Source: a bacterium | Lineage (GTDB): Bacteria > UBA8248 | DNA: 64,000 nt | Direction: 5' to 3' | NCBI GenBank assembly: GCA_965199855.1 | Contig: OZ241326.1 | Span: 1,248,001 to 1,312,000 of the forward strand | Part shown: positions 42,614-51,944 of the stretch, in pieces | Position numbering within the stretch: position 1 is the first letter of the stretch | Layout of the letters: every line of letters starts with the position of its first letter | Program-made: the position numbers and the translations under genes | The notes under the pieces: model-generated | Seen by the model: the letters and a program-made list of their open reading frames with translations, nothing else | What the model was told of the DNA's origin: nothing | The model's database searches: none

Positions 42614-43491
42614 GGGAGGGGCTTCGCTTCACCCGCGCGAGGTGGGCCGCCGCGCCCCCGTTGAGATGCCGCGGGCGAACGCTCGATTTCGCGCGCGCGC
42701 GCGTCATGGGCGTCCTGAACGCCACGCCGGACAGCTTCTCCGACGGCGGGGCGTTTCTGGACACCGCGGCCGCGCTCGAGCGAATCGCGCGAATGACGGA
42801 GGAGGGCGCCGACGTCATCGACGTAGGCGGCGAGAGCACCCGGCCCGGAGCGAACCCGGTGGACGAGGCGGAGGAGCTCGCGCGCGTCATGCCGATTCTC
42901 GAGCGGATGAACATGGAGAAGGGCCCCCTCGTCTCGATCGATACCTCGAAGCCCGGCGTGGCGCGCGAGGCGCTCGGGGCGGGCGTCCACATCGTGAACG
43001 ACGTGAGGGGCCTCGCCGACCCCGCAATGCGCGAGGCGGTCGCGGAGGCCGGCGCGGCGGCGATCGTCATGCACATGAAGGGCGAGCCGCGCGTCATGCA
43101 GGAGCGCCCCGCGTACGGCGACCTCATGCGCGAGGTGTCGGCCCTGCTCCGCGCGAGGGCGCGCGAGGCCGAGCGGGCGGGCGTCGCCTCCGTCCTGATC
43201 GACCCGGGCGTCGGCTTCGGCAAGTCGCGGGAGCACAACCTGGAGCTGCTGAGGCGGCTGCCGGCGCTGAGGCGGCTGGGGCGTCCGGTGGTCGTCGGCG
43301 TTTCGAGAAAGGCGTTCATCGGCGCGGCCACGGGGGTCGAGGCGGCGGGAGAGCGGCTCATCGGCTCGAAAGTCGCCGAGGCGTTCGCCGTGATCGGCGG
43401 CGCGGACATGATTCGCACCCACGACGCGCGCGCGGCCGTCGAGGCGGCGCGCATGGGCGAGGCCATCGCCCGGGGGAGGATCGCCCCTTGA
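42610..43491 (+). CDS. folP: Dihydropteroate synthase
   Basis: MGVLNATPDSFSDGG, GGESTRPG, DPGVGFGK, SRKAF, RTHD. Confidence 0.96.
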   Translation: MREGLRFTRARWAAAPPLRCRGRTLDFARARVMGVLNATPDSFSDGGAFLDTAAALERIARMTEEGADVIDVGGESTRPGANPVDEAEELARVMPILERMNMEKGPLVSIDTSKPGVAREALGAGVHIVNDVRGLADPAMREAVAEAGAAAIVMHMKGEPRVMQERPAYGDLMREVSALLRARAREAERAGVASVLIDPGVGFGKSREHNLELLRRLPALRRLGRPVVVGVSRKAFIGAATGVEAAGERLIGSKVAEAFAVIGGADMIRTHDARAAVEAARMGEAIARGRIAP

Positions 43492-43528
43492 GGGCGCCCC
43501 GTCCATTCCGCAGGAACGAAGCGAGGCG

Positions 43529-44411
43529 GTGATGCTCGAATACGTTTTCGAATTCTGGTGGATGCTGCCCATCGCGTTCTGCGTGTGCCTCGCGGCGACG
43601 AGCACGAGCGTGGAGGGCGCGGTTTTCTTCGCGCCGATATTCATTCTCCTCTTCCCCTGGGCGGCGGGGGTGCGCATCGCTCCCCTGGAGGCCGTGTTTC
43701 TCGCGCTCTCCATCGAGATTTTCGGCTTCGGCAGCGCGCTCACCGGCTACGCGCGAAGAAGGCTGGTGGACTACGGCATCGCGAAGAAGGCGCTCGCCGT
43801 GTCCATCCCCACCGGCATGGCGTTCGGCTTTCTGGCGCATTCGACGCCCGCCGACGTCATCCTGGGGCTGCTGGGCGCGATGATGGCGCTTTTGGCCTGC
43901 GCCATGCTCTACGCCTTCTTCCGGGGGGGGAGTCCATGAGGCGGAGCGGGAGGAGGCGGGCGCGCCCACGCGGGTCGACGCCATGGGCAGAAGATACTGG
44001 TATCGCTACGAGCACGGGCGCTTCGGCTTCGGCTGGTCGGCGCTGGGCGGCGTCCTCGTGGGCTTCACGGGCATCGGCATCGGCGAGCTCGCGACGACGG
44101 CGCTCGTCGTGAAGCACAGGATGCCCGTTCGCGTGGCGGTGGGGACGGGGATTCTCATCGTCTTCGCGACGGTGCTGCCCGCCACCCTCGTGCACGCCTG
44201 GGTGTTCTCCTCGGGCGAGGTGAGCGTCCACTGGAACATCCTGTTCATGACGATCCCGGCGGTCGCCTGCGGCGGCCAGATATCGCCGTTCATCAACAAC
44301 CGCGTTGACGGCGAGAAGATGAAGGCGTTTCTCTCCCTCGTCTTCTTCGTCGTGGGCGCCCTGCTTCTGTGGCGCGCCTTCGGCGGCCAGGCGCCGGCGT
44401 CCGTTGGCTGA
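43529..44411 (+). pseudogene. TauE/SafE (TSUP) family transporter split by a frameshift at G8
   Basis: ORFs 43529..43939 and 43983..44411 are the two halves (GAVFFAP; GFTGIGIGE); deleting one G from 43923-43930 joins them in frame. Confidence 0.8.
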
Positions 44412-45399
44412 GGACGAAGCCCCCATCGTCGTCGTGGGCCCCGGCGCCGTGGGCTCCATGCTCGCGGCGCGCCTGCAGGCGGGCCTCCCCGGGCGGAGCG
44501 TGCACCTGGCGGGCCCGGCGCGCCCGCGCCCCGGGACGGCCGCGCACCTTGCCGCCGTCGGGGAAAGCGGCGTCGTCATTCACGGCGAGGCGGCGCCCCC
44601 GGCGCGTCCCCTGGTTCGCCGGGGCGCGATGAGCGCGGCGGCGTCCCATCTTTTCTTCACCGTGAAGGCGGCGCGGCTGGCGGAGGCGGCGGCGGAATTC
44701 TCCGGCATGGCGGGTCGGGAAACCGTCACGGCCGTTTTCTCGAACGGCCTGGACGTCTGCGGGAGCCTCCCCGCCTCGTTGCGGGCGCGCGGCGTTGTCC
44801 GGGGCCTCGTCAACGCGGGCGCCGAAATCGCGGGGCCGGGCCGCGTGAGGCAGTTCGGCGCGCTGGACCTGACGCTCGCCCCGGCGCCGGGGGGCGCGGA
44901 GGAGGCGGACTTCGCCCGCGTGAGGCGGCTGGCCGGGCTTTTCGAGGCCGCGGGAATCCGCGTTCGCCGGAAGCGCGACGGGAAAGAGGCGGAGTGGCGA
45001 AAGGCGGCGGCCAACGCGATCATCAACCCCCTGGGGGCGGCGCTCGGGCTCAGAAACGGCGCGCTGCTGGACGCCCCCTCCTCCGCGCTCGTGGAGACGC
45101 TGGCGAGGGAGCTGCAGGCGCTCGTCGACGCCGAAGGGATGGCGCTCGCCGTCCTGGAGATCGTCCGCGAGACCGCGCGGGCCACGGCGGGCAACAGAAA
45201 CTCCATGTGGCAGGACTTGCGCGAGCGCCGCCGGACGGAGATTCGGGAGATTACAGGCCGCTTTCTCGAGCGCGCGGAGGCGCGGGGCGTTTCGATGCCC
45301 GCCCACGAATCCCTCTATCGCCGGATGCTGGCGCTCGAGCAAGACGCCCTGCGCCGGGGAGGCGGCGCGCGTCTTGACATCGGCGGACGGAAGCCGTAA
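44404..45399 (+). CDS. panE: Ketopantoate reductase family protein
   Basis: GPGAVG, TVKA, NGL, WRK...N..INPL, SMWQDL...RRTEI; adjacent to panB. Confidence 0.88.
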   Translation: MAEDEAPIVVVGPGAVGSMLAARLQAGLPGRSVHLAGPARPRPGTAAHLAAVGESGVVIHGEAAPPARPLVRRGAMSAAASHLFFTVKAARLAEAAAEFSGMAGRETVTAVFSNGLDVCGSLPASLRARGVVRGLVNAGAEIAGPGRVRQFGALDLTLAPAPGGAEEADFARVRRLAGLFEAAGIRVRRKRDGKEAEWRKAAANAIINPLGAALGLRNGALLDAPSSALVETLARELQALVDAEGMALAVLEIVRETARATAGNRNSMWQDLRERRRTEIREITGRFLERAEARGVSMPAHESLYRRMLALEQDALRRGGGARLDIGGRKP

Positions 45400-45402
45400 T
45401 TT
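45374..45402 (+). promoter_or_regulatory. sigma70-type promoter for panB overlapping the panE stop
   Basis: TTGACA-N17-TAATTT. Confidence 0.7.
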
Positions 45403-45505
45403 TCACGCCTCGCGCCGGGAGCCGCCGCGCCCCGGACGCGGACGGAAAAAAACTGGAAGCCGGAACCGGCCCCCGCTGCAGGCGTTCACCCAAGAGGGAG
45501 CGACC

Positions 45506-46378
45506 ATGAGCCTGAAAAGCCTCGACAAGCCCCACGCGAACGGCAAACCCCCCGTCAACGGAAGCGCCGCGGAGAAGAAGACGCGCGGGAAGGTCACCGC
45601 CGCCGTCATCCGCGCGCGCAAGGGGGGGCGGAAGATCACCTCCGTCACCGCGTACGACTGCCCCACGGCGAAGCTCGCGGACGACGCGGGCGTGGACGTC
45701 ATCCTGGTCGGCGACAGCCTGGGGATGGTGGTTCTGGGCTATCCCGACACGACGAAAGTGACGCTCGACGACATGGTTCATCACGCGCGCGCGGCGAGCC
45801 GCGCGAACCCGAAGGCGCTGCTCGTGGCCGACCTGCCGTTTCTGAGCTTCGGGGTCAGCGCGCGCGACACCATCCTGAACGCCGGCCGCCTCGTTCAGGA
45901 GGGATGCGCCGAGGCGGTGAAGCTCGAGGGCGGCGTTCGCGTGAAGGAGGAGATACGCGCCTTGGTGGACGCCCAGATTCCCGTGATGGGGCACGTGGGC
46001 CTCACGCCCCAGAGCGTCCACGCCTTCGGCGGCTTCAAGGTGCAGGGAAAGACCGACGCGGGCGCCGAGCAGGTGCTGCGCGACGCGGCGGCGGTGCAGG
46101 AGGGCGGCGCGTTCTCCATCGTGCTCGAAGGCGTCCCCGCCGCCCTGGGAGAGCGCGTGACGCGCGAGATCGACATTCCCACCATCGGCATCGGCGCGGG
46201 CCCCGGCTGCGACGGCCAGGTGCTCGTGACCCACGACATGCTCGGCCTGTTCCGCGACTTCACGCCGAAGTTCGTCAGGGTTTATGCCGACGTCGGCGGG
46301 GCGGCCATCGAGGCGATAGAGCGCTACTGCCGGGAGGTGCGCGAGGGCGCGTTTCCGGGCGAGGAGCACTGCTTCTGA
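45506..46378 (+). CDS. panB: 3-methyl-2-oxobutanoate hydroxymethyltransferase
   Basis: TAYD, LVGDSLGMV, VKLEGG, GHVGLTPQ, IGIGAG..CDGQVLV. Confidence 0.97.
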   Translation: MSLKSLDKPHANGKPPVNGSAAEKKTRGKVTAAVIRARKGGRKITSVTAYDCPTAKLADDAGVDVILVGDSLGMVVLGYPDTTKVTLDDMVHHARAASRANPKALLVADLPFLSFGVSARDTILNAGRLVQEGCAEAVKLEGGVRVKEEIRALVDAQIPVMGHVGLTPQSVHAFGGFKVQGKTDAGAEQVLRDAAAVQEGGAFSIVLEGVPAALGERVTREIDIPTIGIGAGPGCDGQVLVTHDMLGLFRDFTPKFVRVYADVGGAAIEAIERYCREVREGAFPGEEHCF

Positions 46379-46735
46379 TCTGCCCCCGCGCCTCCCTTCG
46401 GGGAAAAGGCCGCGGGCGAGGACGCTTGGCTTTGGGCGAATCTTCCCTGTCCGGGCGCGGATGAAGGGAAAATCGCAGGGGACATCGCGCCCGTTCTTCT
46501 CTCGCCCCGGTGAATTTTTCTTTTCGACGCCTCCTTCCCGCGCGGTCGCTCTCTGAAGTATCTCCCACCATGCCCCACAAGTTTAATTTTTCATTTTAAC
46601 TTCAATGAATTAATCCTATTTTATTAAAGTAAATCCTGATGTTTTATCCCTGAAAACACTCCTGGAAAATTAAAATAATTTCTATCTTTTATGGCTAGAA
46701 ATTGTTGTTTTTTCTCAGTTTTCTCTATTTTCGTA

Positions 46736-46800
46736 TTGACAGGACTTTTTCGGGGGGATATAAGAATAAAAATCAGTGGGAAATAATGGGGTGAAGTGGG
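46736..46800 (+). promoter_or_regulatory. dcw promoter and MraZ-box direct repeats
   Basis: TTGACA-N17-TATAAG (46736-46764); GTGGG/ATGGG/GTGGG at 46776, 46786 and 46796 (10-bp period). Confidence 0.8.
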
Positions 46801-46810
46801 AGGTGTGAAG

Positions 46811-47257
46811 GTGCTCATCAGTTCCCATATCGTCTCCGTGGACGCGAAGGGGCGCGTCAGCGTCCCCGCGCGATTCCGGGAATATCTGAGCGCCGCGTTC
46901 GGCGACCAGATCGTTTTGCTCGGCAAGGACGAGTGCATCTTCGCGTATCCCCTGGAGGAGTGGCGGCGCAGGTTCAGCGAGAAGCTTCAGGGGCTGTCCA
47001 CCTCCCGCAAGGAGGTTCGCCGCTATCTGCGCAGAATCTACGGCCGGGCCCAGCCATGCGAGTTCGACAGGCAGGGGCGCATCCTGCTGCCCGCCAGGCT
47101 GCGCGAGAGCTTCGGCATCAGAGGGGAAGCCGTCATCGCCGGGATTGAGGACAGGCTGGAGATTTGGGACCCGGAGAAATGGGAGAAGGAAATGGGGAGC
47201 GCGGACGATGGAGAAGCCGCCGCTTCCGATGAGGATCTGATCGAATTCGAGTTCTGA
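46811..47257 (+). CDS. mraZ: Transcriptional regulator MraZ
   Basis: VDAKGRVSVP and FDRQGRILLP repeats, G..DRLEIWD. Confidence 0.96.
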   Translation: MLISSHIVSVDAKGRVSVPARFREYLSAAFGDQIVLLGKDECIFAYPLEEWRRRFSEKLQGLSTSRKEVRRYLRRIYGRAQPCEFDRQGRILLPARLRESFGIRGEAVIAGIEDRLEIWDPEKWEKEMGSADDGEAAASDEDLIEFEF

Positions 47258-47358
47258 TGCGGACGCGAACGGGAGGAGCGCAGGTGCTCGCCGCGCCGGA
47301 AAAGCCCGCTTCACGAAAACGCGCCGCCGCGAACGGCCTTCGCGGCGGAAATGCGGAT

Positions 47359-48279
47359 ATGACGGCGTCTCACGTTCCGGTCATGGTTCAGGAGGTTCTG
47401 CATTTCCTGTCGCCATCTCCGGGCGCCGTGTTCTTGGATACTACCTTGGGCGGAGGGGAACACGGCGAAGCGGTTTTGGACGCGGTTCGGCCATCGGGTG
47501 TGCTGATCGGCTGTGACCGGGACGGAGACGCTGTTGCGCTTTGCAGGAAGCGGCTGGCGAGGCACGGCGCCGCCGCCAGGATTCATCACGCGCACCACCG
47601 CGAAATGAAGCGCATCGCGGCGGAGGAGGGATACGCCTCCGTGGACGGCGTCCTGTTCGACCTCGGGATTTCCTCGATGCAGCTCGACGCGCCCGGCCGC
47701 GGCTTCCGCATGGACGCGCCCGAGCCCCTGGACATGCGCATGGATCAGACGCGGGGCGCGACGGCGGCCGAGCTGCTCGACCGGCTGTCGGAGGAGGAGC
47801 TCGCCGACCTCATCTACAGATACGGGGAGGAGCGCCGCTCCCGCGCCATCGCGCGCGCCATCGGACGGGCGCGCGTGGACGGGGGCGTCGGGCGCTGCGA
47901 CGAACTCGCGGCGCTCGTCGCCTCGGTCGCGGCGAGAGGGAGCGGCCGCGGCGGGCGGCGGCGCATCCACCCCGCCACCCGGACGTTTCAGGCGCTGCGG
48001 ATCGCCGTGAACCGCGAACTGGAGACGCTGGAGGGCTCCCTGCGCGACGCGGTGGACCTTCTGCGCCCGGGGGGGCGCGTCGTCGTCATCAGCTTCCATT
48101 CGCTCGAGGACAGAATCGTCAAGAACCTCTTTCGAGAACTCTCGCGCGCCGAGAGGCCGACCCTCGAAATCCTGACGCGGAAGGTCGTTCGTCCCGGCGA
48201 GGCGGAAGCGCGGAGAAATCCGCGCAGCCGCAGCGCGAAGCTCCGCGCCGCCGAGCGTCTCGCGGGAGGCCGGGGATGA
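47359..48279 (+). CDS. rsmH: 16S rRNA m4C1402 methyltransferase
   Basis: HVPVM, DLGISSMQLD, HPATRTFQALRI, ISFHSLEDRIVK, NPRSRSAKLR; alternative start 47257. Confidence 0.96.
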   Translation: MTASHVPVMVQEVLHFLSPSPGAVFLDTTLGGGEHGEAVLDAVRPSGVLIGCDRDGDAVALCRKRLARHGAAARIHHAHHREMKRIAAEEGYASVDGVLFDLGISSMQLDAPGRGFRMDAPEPLDMRMDQTRGATAAELLDRLSEEELADLIYRYGEERRSRAIARAIGRARVDGGVGRCDELAALVASVAARGSGRGGRRRIHPATRTFQALRIAVNRELETLEGSLRDAVDLLRPGGRVVVISFHSLEDRIVKNLFRELSRAERPTLEILTRKVVRPGEAEARRNPRSRSAKLRAAERLAGGRG

Positions 48280-48632
48280 AGCGGACGGGGCCGCGGAATT
48301 TCTGGCGGCGGCGCCTCGGCGCGCGCCTTTCCCGAAGGACGCCCGCCGGCCCGGGCGTTTCGTTGCTCAGGGCGGGCCTGTGCATCACCCTGATCGCGTG
48401 CAGCGCGGCCGCGCTGGTGTGGCCGCATCTGGAGACGGTGAAGCTCGGATACGGCCTGGCGCGCCTCGAGCGCCAGAGAGAAAAACTTTTGCAGGAGAGG
48501 CGCGTCCTGCGAATCGAGATCGCCGCGCTCCGCCAGCTGGACGGCATCGAGTCGATCGCGCGGCAGAAGCTGAACATGGTGTTTCCCGAACCCGGGCAGA
48601 TCGTCTATGTAAGAGCCGGGTCAGGGAACTAG
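48276..48632 (+). CDS. ftsL: Cell division protein FtsL
   Basis: TM helix plus coiled coil, IESIARQKLNM..P; lies between rsmH and ftsI. Confidence 0.85.
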   Translation: MKRTGPRNFWRRRLGARLSRRTPAGPGVSLLRAGLCITLIACSAAALVWPHLETVKLGYGLARLERQREKLLQERRVLRIEIAALRQLDGIESIARQKLNMVFPEPGQIVYVRAGSGN

Positions 48633-48678
48633 AGCGCAGCGCCTGACCTTTTCATCGCCGCCCACAGCAGGTTGGCCC

Positions 48679-50439
48679 ATGAAGCAGGGCTTCTCCCGCC
48701 GTCTGATGATTTGCGGCGCCCTGGTCGCGTTCGGATTCTGCCTGCTGGGCGTCCGGCTCTTCATCATCCAGATCCGCGACCGGGCGCGCCTCGTGGCCTA
48801 CGCGGATCGCCAGCTGCGCCGCACCCTGCTCGTGCGGCCCAGGCGCGGCGACGTGGCGGACGCGCGGGGCCGCCTCCTGGCGGTGAGCATCAAGGCGCCC
48901 TCTCTTTTCGCCAACGCGCGGGAGGTCGCCGACCCCCGCGGGGCGTCGAGGGCGCTCGAGAGGATTCTGGGCGGATCGGCGAAGGATTACCTCGAGAAGC
49001 TGAGCAGCCGCCGCCGATACGTGTGGCTCAAGCGCAAGATCAACCCCGATCAGAAAAAAAGAATCGAAAAGCTGGGCCTCGCGGGCCTGGGCTTCGTCAC
49101 CGAGAGCAGGCGGTTCTATCCCAAGCGCGAGCTCGCCTCCTCCCTGGTCGGCTTCGTGGGAGTGGACGACGCGGGCATGTCCGGCGTGGAGCGCGCCTAC
49201 GAGAGCCGCATGGGCGGGCGCGTGGGCCGCATCCGCATCCAGCGCGACGCGAAGGGAAGGTCGGTTCACCCCGAGGCGCGGGTGCTCGTGGCGCCGCGCC
49301 CGGGCGCGGACGTTCGCCTCACCATCGACGCGGTGCTCCAGTATATCGTCGAGAAGGAGCTGGGCGCGCAGCTGCGCCGGGTGGGCGCGCGGCGCGCCAT
49401 CGGGGTGATGGTCGAGCCGCGGAGCGGGCGGATCCTCGCGCTGGCCTCCGTGCCGGGGTTCAACCCCAACACCTACGGGCTTTACGGCGCGTCCCTCTGG
49501 AAGGAGCCCGCCATTCAGGAGTTCTACGAGCCCGGCTCGACGTTCAAAATCGTGACGGCCGCCGCCTATCTGGAGGCGGGCAAGCCGCTCTCCGGGAGGT
49601 ATTTCGCCGAAAACGGCTCCTACCGCACCGGCGTCGGCCGCCACACCCTGCGCGATCACGAAAAATTCGGCTGGCTCACCGCCGAGCAGGTGATCATGAA
49701 GTCCTCGAACATCGGCACCTTCAAGATGGCGCGGGAGCTCGGCAGGCGGCGCCTCTACGACATGGCGCGCCGCTTCGGCTTCGGCGAGAGGACGGGCGTC
49801 GATTTTCCCGGCGAGGCGCGGGGAATCCTCCGCCCGCCGAAGCGGTGGTCGAAAATCTCGCTGGCGTCGATCTCCATCGGCCAGGAGGTGGGCGTCACCC
49901 CGCTTCAGATGGTGATGGCCGCGGCCGCCGTCGCGAACGGCGGGCTGATGCCCCGGCCCGTTCTGCTCGATTCCGTGGAGCGCGGCGGCAGGAGAATTCC
50001 CCTCGCGCGAAAGCCGGAGCCCAGGCGCGTCGTCTCCCGGCGGGTGGCGAAGCGCCTCGCCGCCCTGATGCGGAAGGTGGTGGCCGAGGGCACGGGCGCC
50101 AAGGCCGAGATTCCGGGCTACGGCGCGGCGGGAAAGACGGGCACGGCGCAGAAGTCCCTCCCGGGCCAGCGGGGCTACAGCCGCTCGGCCTTCATCATGT
50201 CGTTCGTGGGGTTCGCCCCCTACGAGAATCCCCGCTTCGCGCTCATCGTCGTCTTCGACGAGGGGCGCGCGCGCGGCGGGGCGTGGGGGGGAACGGTCGC
50301 GGCGCCGGTTTGGCGGCGAATCGCCTGGCGGGCGCTGCGCTACATGCGCGTGCCGCCCGTCGGCGGCCGCGTCCTGCGGGTGGCCGCCGCGCGGCCCGGC
50401 GGTTCGGGCGAGGCGGCCTTGAAGGACGCGGCGCGTTGA
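48679..50439 (+). CDS. ftsI: Peptidoglycan transpeptidase FtsI/PBP3
   Basis: RG...D..G, EPGSTFK (SxxK), SSN, GKTGTAQK. Confidence 0.93.
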   Translation: MKQGFSRRLMICGALVAFGFCLLGVRLFIIQIRDRARLVAYADRQLRRTLLVRPRRGDVADARGRLLAVSIKAPSLFANAREVADPRGASRALERILGGSAKDYLEKLSSRRRYVWLKRKINPDQKKRIEKLGLAGLGFVTESRRFYPKRELASSLVGFVGVDDAGMSGVERAYESRMGGRVGRIRIQRDAKGRSVHPEARVLVAPRPGADVRLTIDAVLQYIVEKELGAQLRRVGARRAIGVMVEPRSGRILALASVPGFNPNTYGLYGASLWKEPAIQEFYEPGSTFKIVTAAAYLEAGKPLSGRYFAENGSYRTGVGRHTLRDHEKFGWLTAEQVIMKSSNIGTFKMARELGRRRLYDMARRFGFGERTGVDFPGEARGILRPPKRWSKISLASISIGQEVGVTPLQMVMAAAAVANGGLMPRPVLLDSVERGGRRIPLARKPEPRRVVSRRVAKRLAALMRKVVAEGTGAKAEIPGYGAAGKTGTAQKSLPGQRGYSRSAFIMSFVGFAPYENPRFALIVVFDEGRARGGAWGGTVAAPVWRRIAWRALRYMRVPPVGGRVLRVAAARPGGSGEAALKDAAR

Positions 50440-50453
50440 GCGGGGGAGCGGCG

Positions 50454-51944
50454 GTGAGAGAGAGAGGCGCCTCATTCGGGGAACTGACGCGGGCGATGAC
50501 CGGCGAGCGGGCGGCGGGGGATTTCTCCGCGCGCGTCACCGGCGTGGCCTACGATTCGCGCCTCGTTCGCGCGGGCGACGTGTTCGTCGCGGTGCCGGGC
50601 TTTCAGGCGGACGGCCACGACTTCGCGGCGGACGCGCTCGCCGCGGGCGCCGCCGCCCTCGTCGCGGAGAGAAGGATAGAGGGCGTCTCCCCCGACGCGC
50701 CGCAGTTCGTCGTCCCCTCCTGCCGCGAGGCGCTCTCCCTCATCGGCGACGCGCTCCACGGCCACCCCTCCGGCGAGCTGGCGCTCATCGGCGTCACGGG
50801 GACGAACGGCAAGACGACCACCGCGTTTCTCATCGACTCCGTTCTGCGCGCCTCGGGCAGGCGCTCCGGCCTCATGGGCACCATCCACTACCGCGTGGGC
50901 GAGGAGGCGTTCGAGGAGCCGCGCACCACGCCGGAGGGCCCCGACCTTCAGGGCTATCTGCGCCGCATGGCGGACGCGGGCGCCTCGCACGCCGTGATGG
51001 AGGCATCGAGTCACGGGCTGGCGCTCGGCAGGCTGCTCGGCTGCGAGTTCCGGGCGGCGGCGTTCACGAACCTCACCCAGGATCACCTCGATTTTCACGG
51101 CGGCATGGAGTCCTACTTTCAGGCGAAGCTCCGGCTGTTCCGGGAATTCTCCCCCGCGCACTCCATCGTCAACGCGGATGACGAATACGGGCGGAGAATC
51201 GCCGGGGAGGCGCGGGGGCGCGTCTGGACGTATGCCCTGGAAGGCGGGGCGGACGTGGGCGCGGAGAATCTCTCCGTCTCCTCCTCGGGCATGAATTTCG
51301 ACATGACGACCCCCGCCGGGCGCGCGCGCGTGGAAACCGCGCTCATCGGCCGCCACAACCTGAGCAACGTGCTGGCCGCCTCGGCGGTCTGCCTCTCGCA
51401 GGGGCTGAGCCTCGATGAGGTGGCGGCGGGCGTCGCGGCTCTCGAAAGCGTCCCCGGACGCTTCGAGAAGATAGACCTGGGCCAGCCCTTTCTCGTGGTG
51501 GTGGACTACGCCCACACCGAGGACGCCCTCGCCCGCGCGCTGGAGTTCGCCCGCCCCGTCACGGAGCGGAGAATCCTCACCCTCATGGGATGCGGGGGCG
51601 ACAGGGACAGGAAAAAGCGTCCGCTCATGGCCGCCGCCGCGCTGCGGGGGAGCGACCGCGTGGTGATGACCTCCGACAACCCGCGCACCGAGGATCCGCA
51701 AGCCATCCTGCGGGAGGTGGAATCGGGCGCCGCCCTGGTTCCCGGAAGCGAGGGCCGCTGGAGAACCATCGCGGACAGGCGCGAGGCGATTCGCGCCCTC
51801 GTCGCCGAGGCGCGCGAGGGGGACGCGGTGATCATCGCCGGCAAGGGGCACGAGACCTATCAGATTCTGGGAACCGAGCGCGCGCCGTTCGACGATCGCG
51901 AGGAGGCCCGGGAGGCGCTGCGCCTCGCGGGATACGGCGCGTGA
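50454..51944 (+). CDS. murE: UDP-MurNAc-tripeptide synthetase (meso-DAP type)
   Basis: GVTGTNGKTT, TNLTQDHLDFH, DYAHT, DNPR (DAP specificity), GKGHE. Confidence 0.96.
   Translation: MRERGASFGELTRAMTGERAAGDFSARVTGVAYDSRLVRAGDVFVAVPGFQADGHDFAADALAAGAAALVAERRIEGVSPDAPQFVVPSCREALSLIGDALHGHPSGELALIGVTGTNGKTTTAFLIDSVLRASGRRSGLMGTIHYRVGEEAFEEPRTTPEGPDLQGYLRRMADAGASHAVMEASSHGLALGRLLGCEFRAAAFTNLTQDHLDFHGGMESYFQAKLRLFREFSPAHSIVNADDEYGRRIAGEARGRVWTYALEGGADVGAENLSVSSSGMNFDMTTPAGRARVETALIGRHNLSNVLAASAVCLSQGLSLDEVAAGVAALESVPGRFEKIDLGQPFLVVVDYAHTEDALARALEFARPVTERRILTLMGCGGDRDRKKRPLMAAAALRGSDRVVMTSDNPRTEDPQAILREVESGAALVPGSEGRWRTIADRREAIRALVAEAREGDAVIIAGKGHETYQILGTERAPFDDREEAREALRLAGYGA

Noticed and set aside
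48672-50453. Apparent 1090-aa MurE and similar long N-terminal extensions in the ORF track (hisG, murD, ftsW, murG, ftsA, lspA)
   Set aside because: The extensions are alternative frames overlapping the upstream gene; real starts sit at or near the upstream stop codons.
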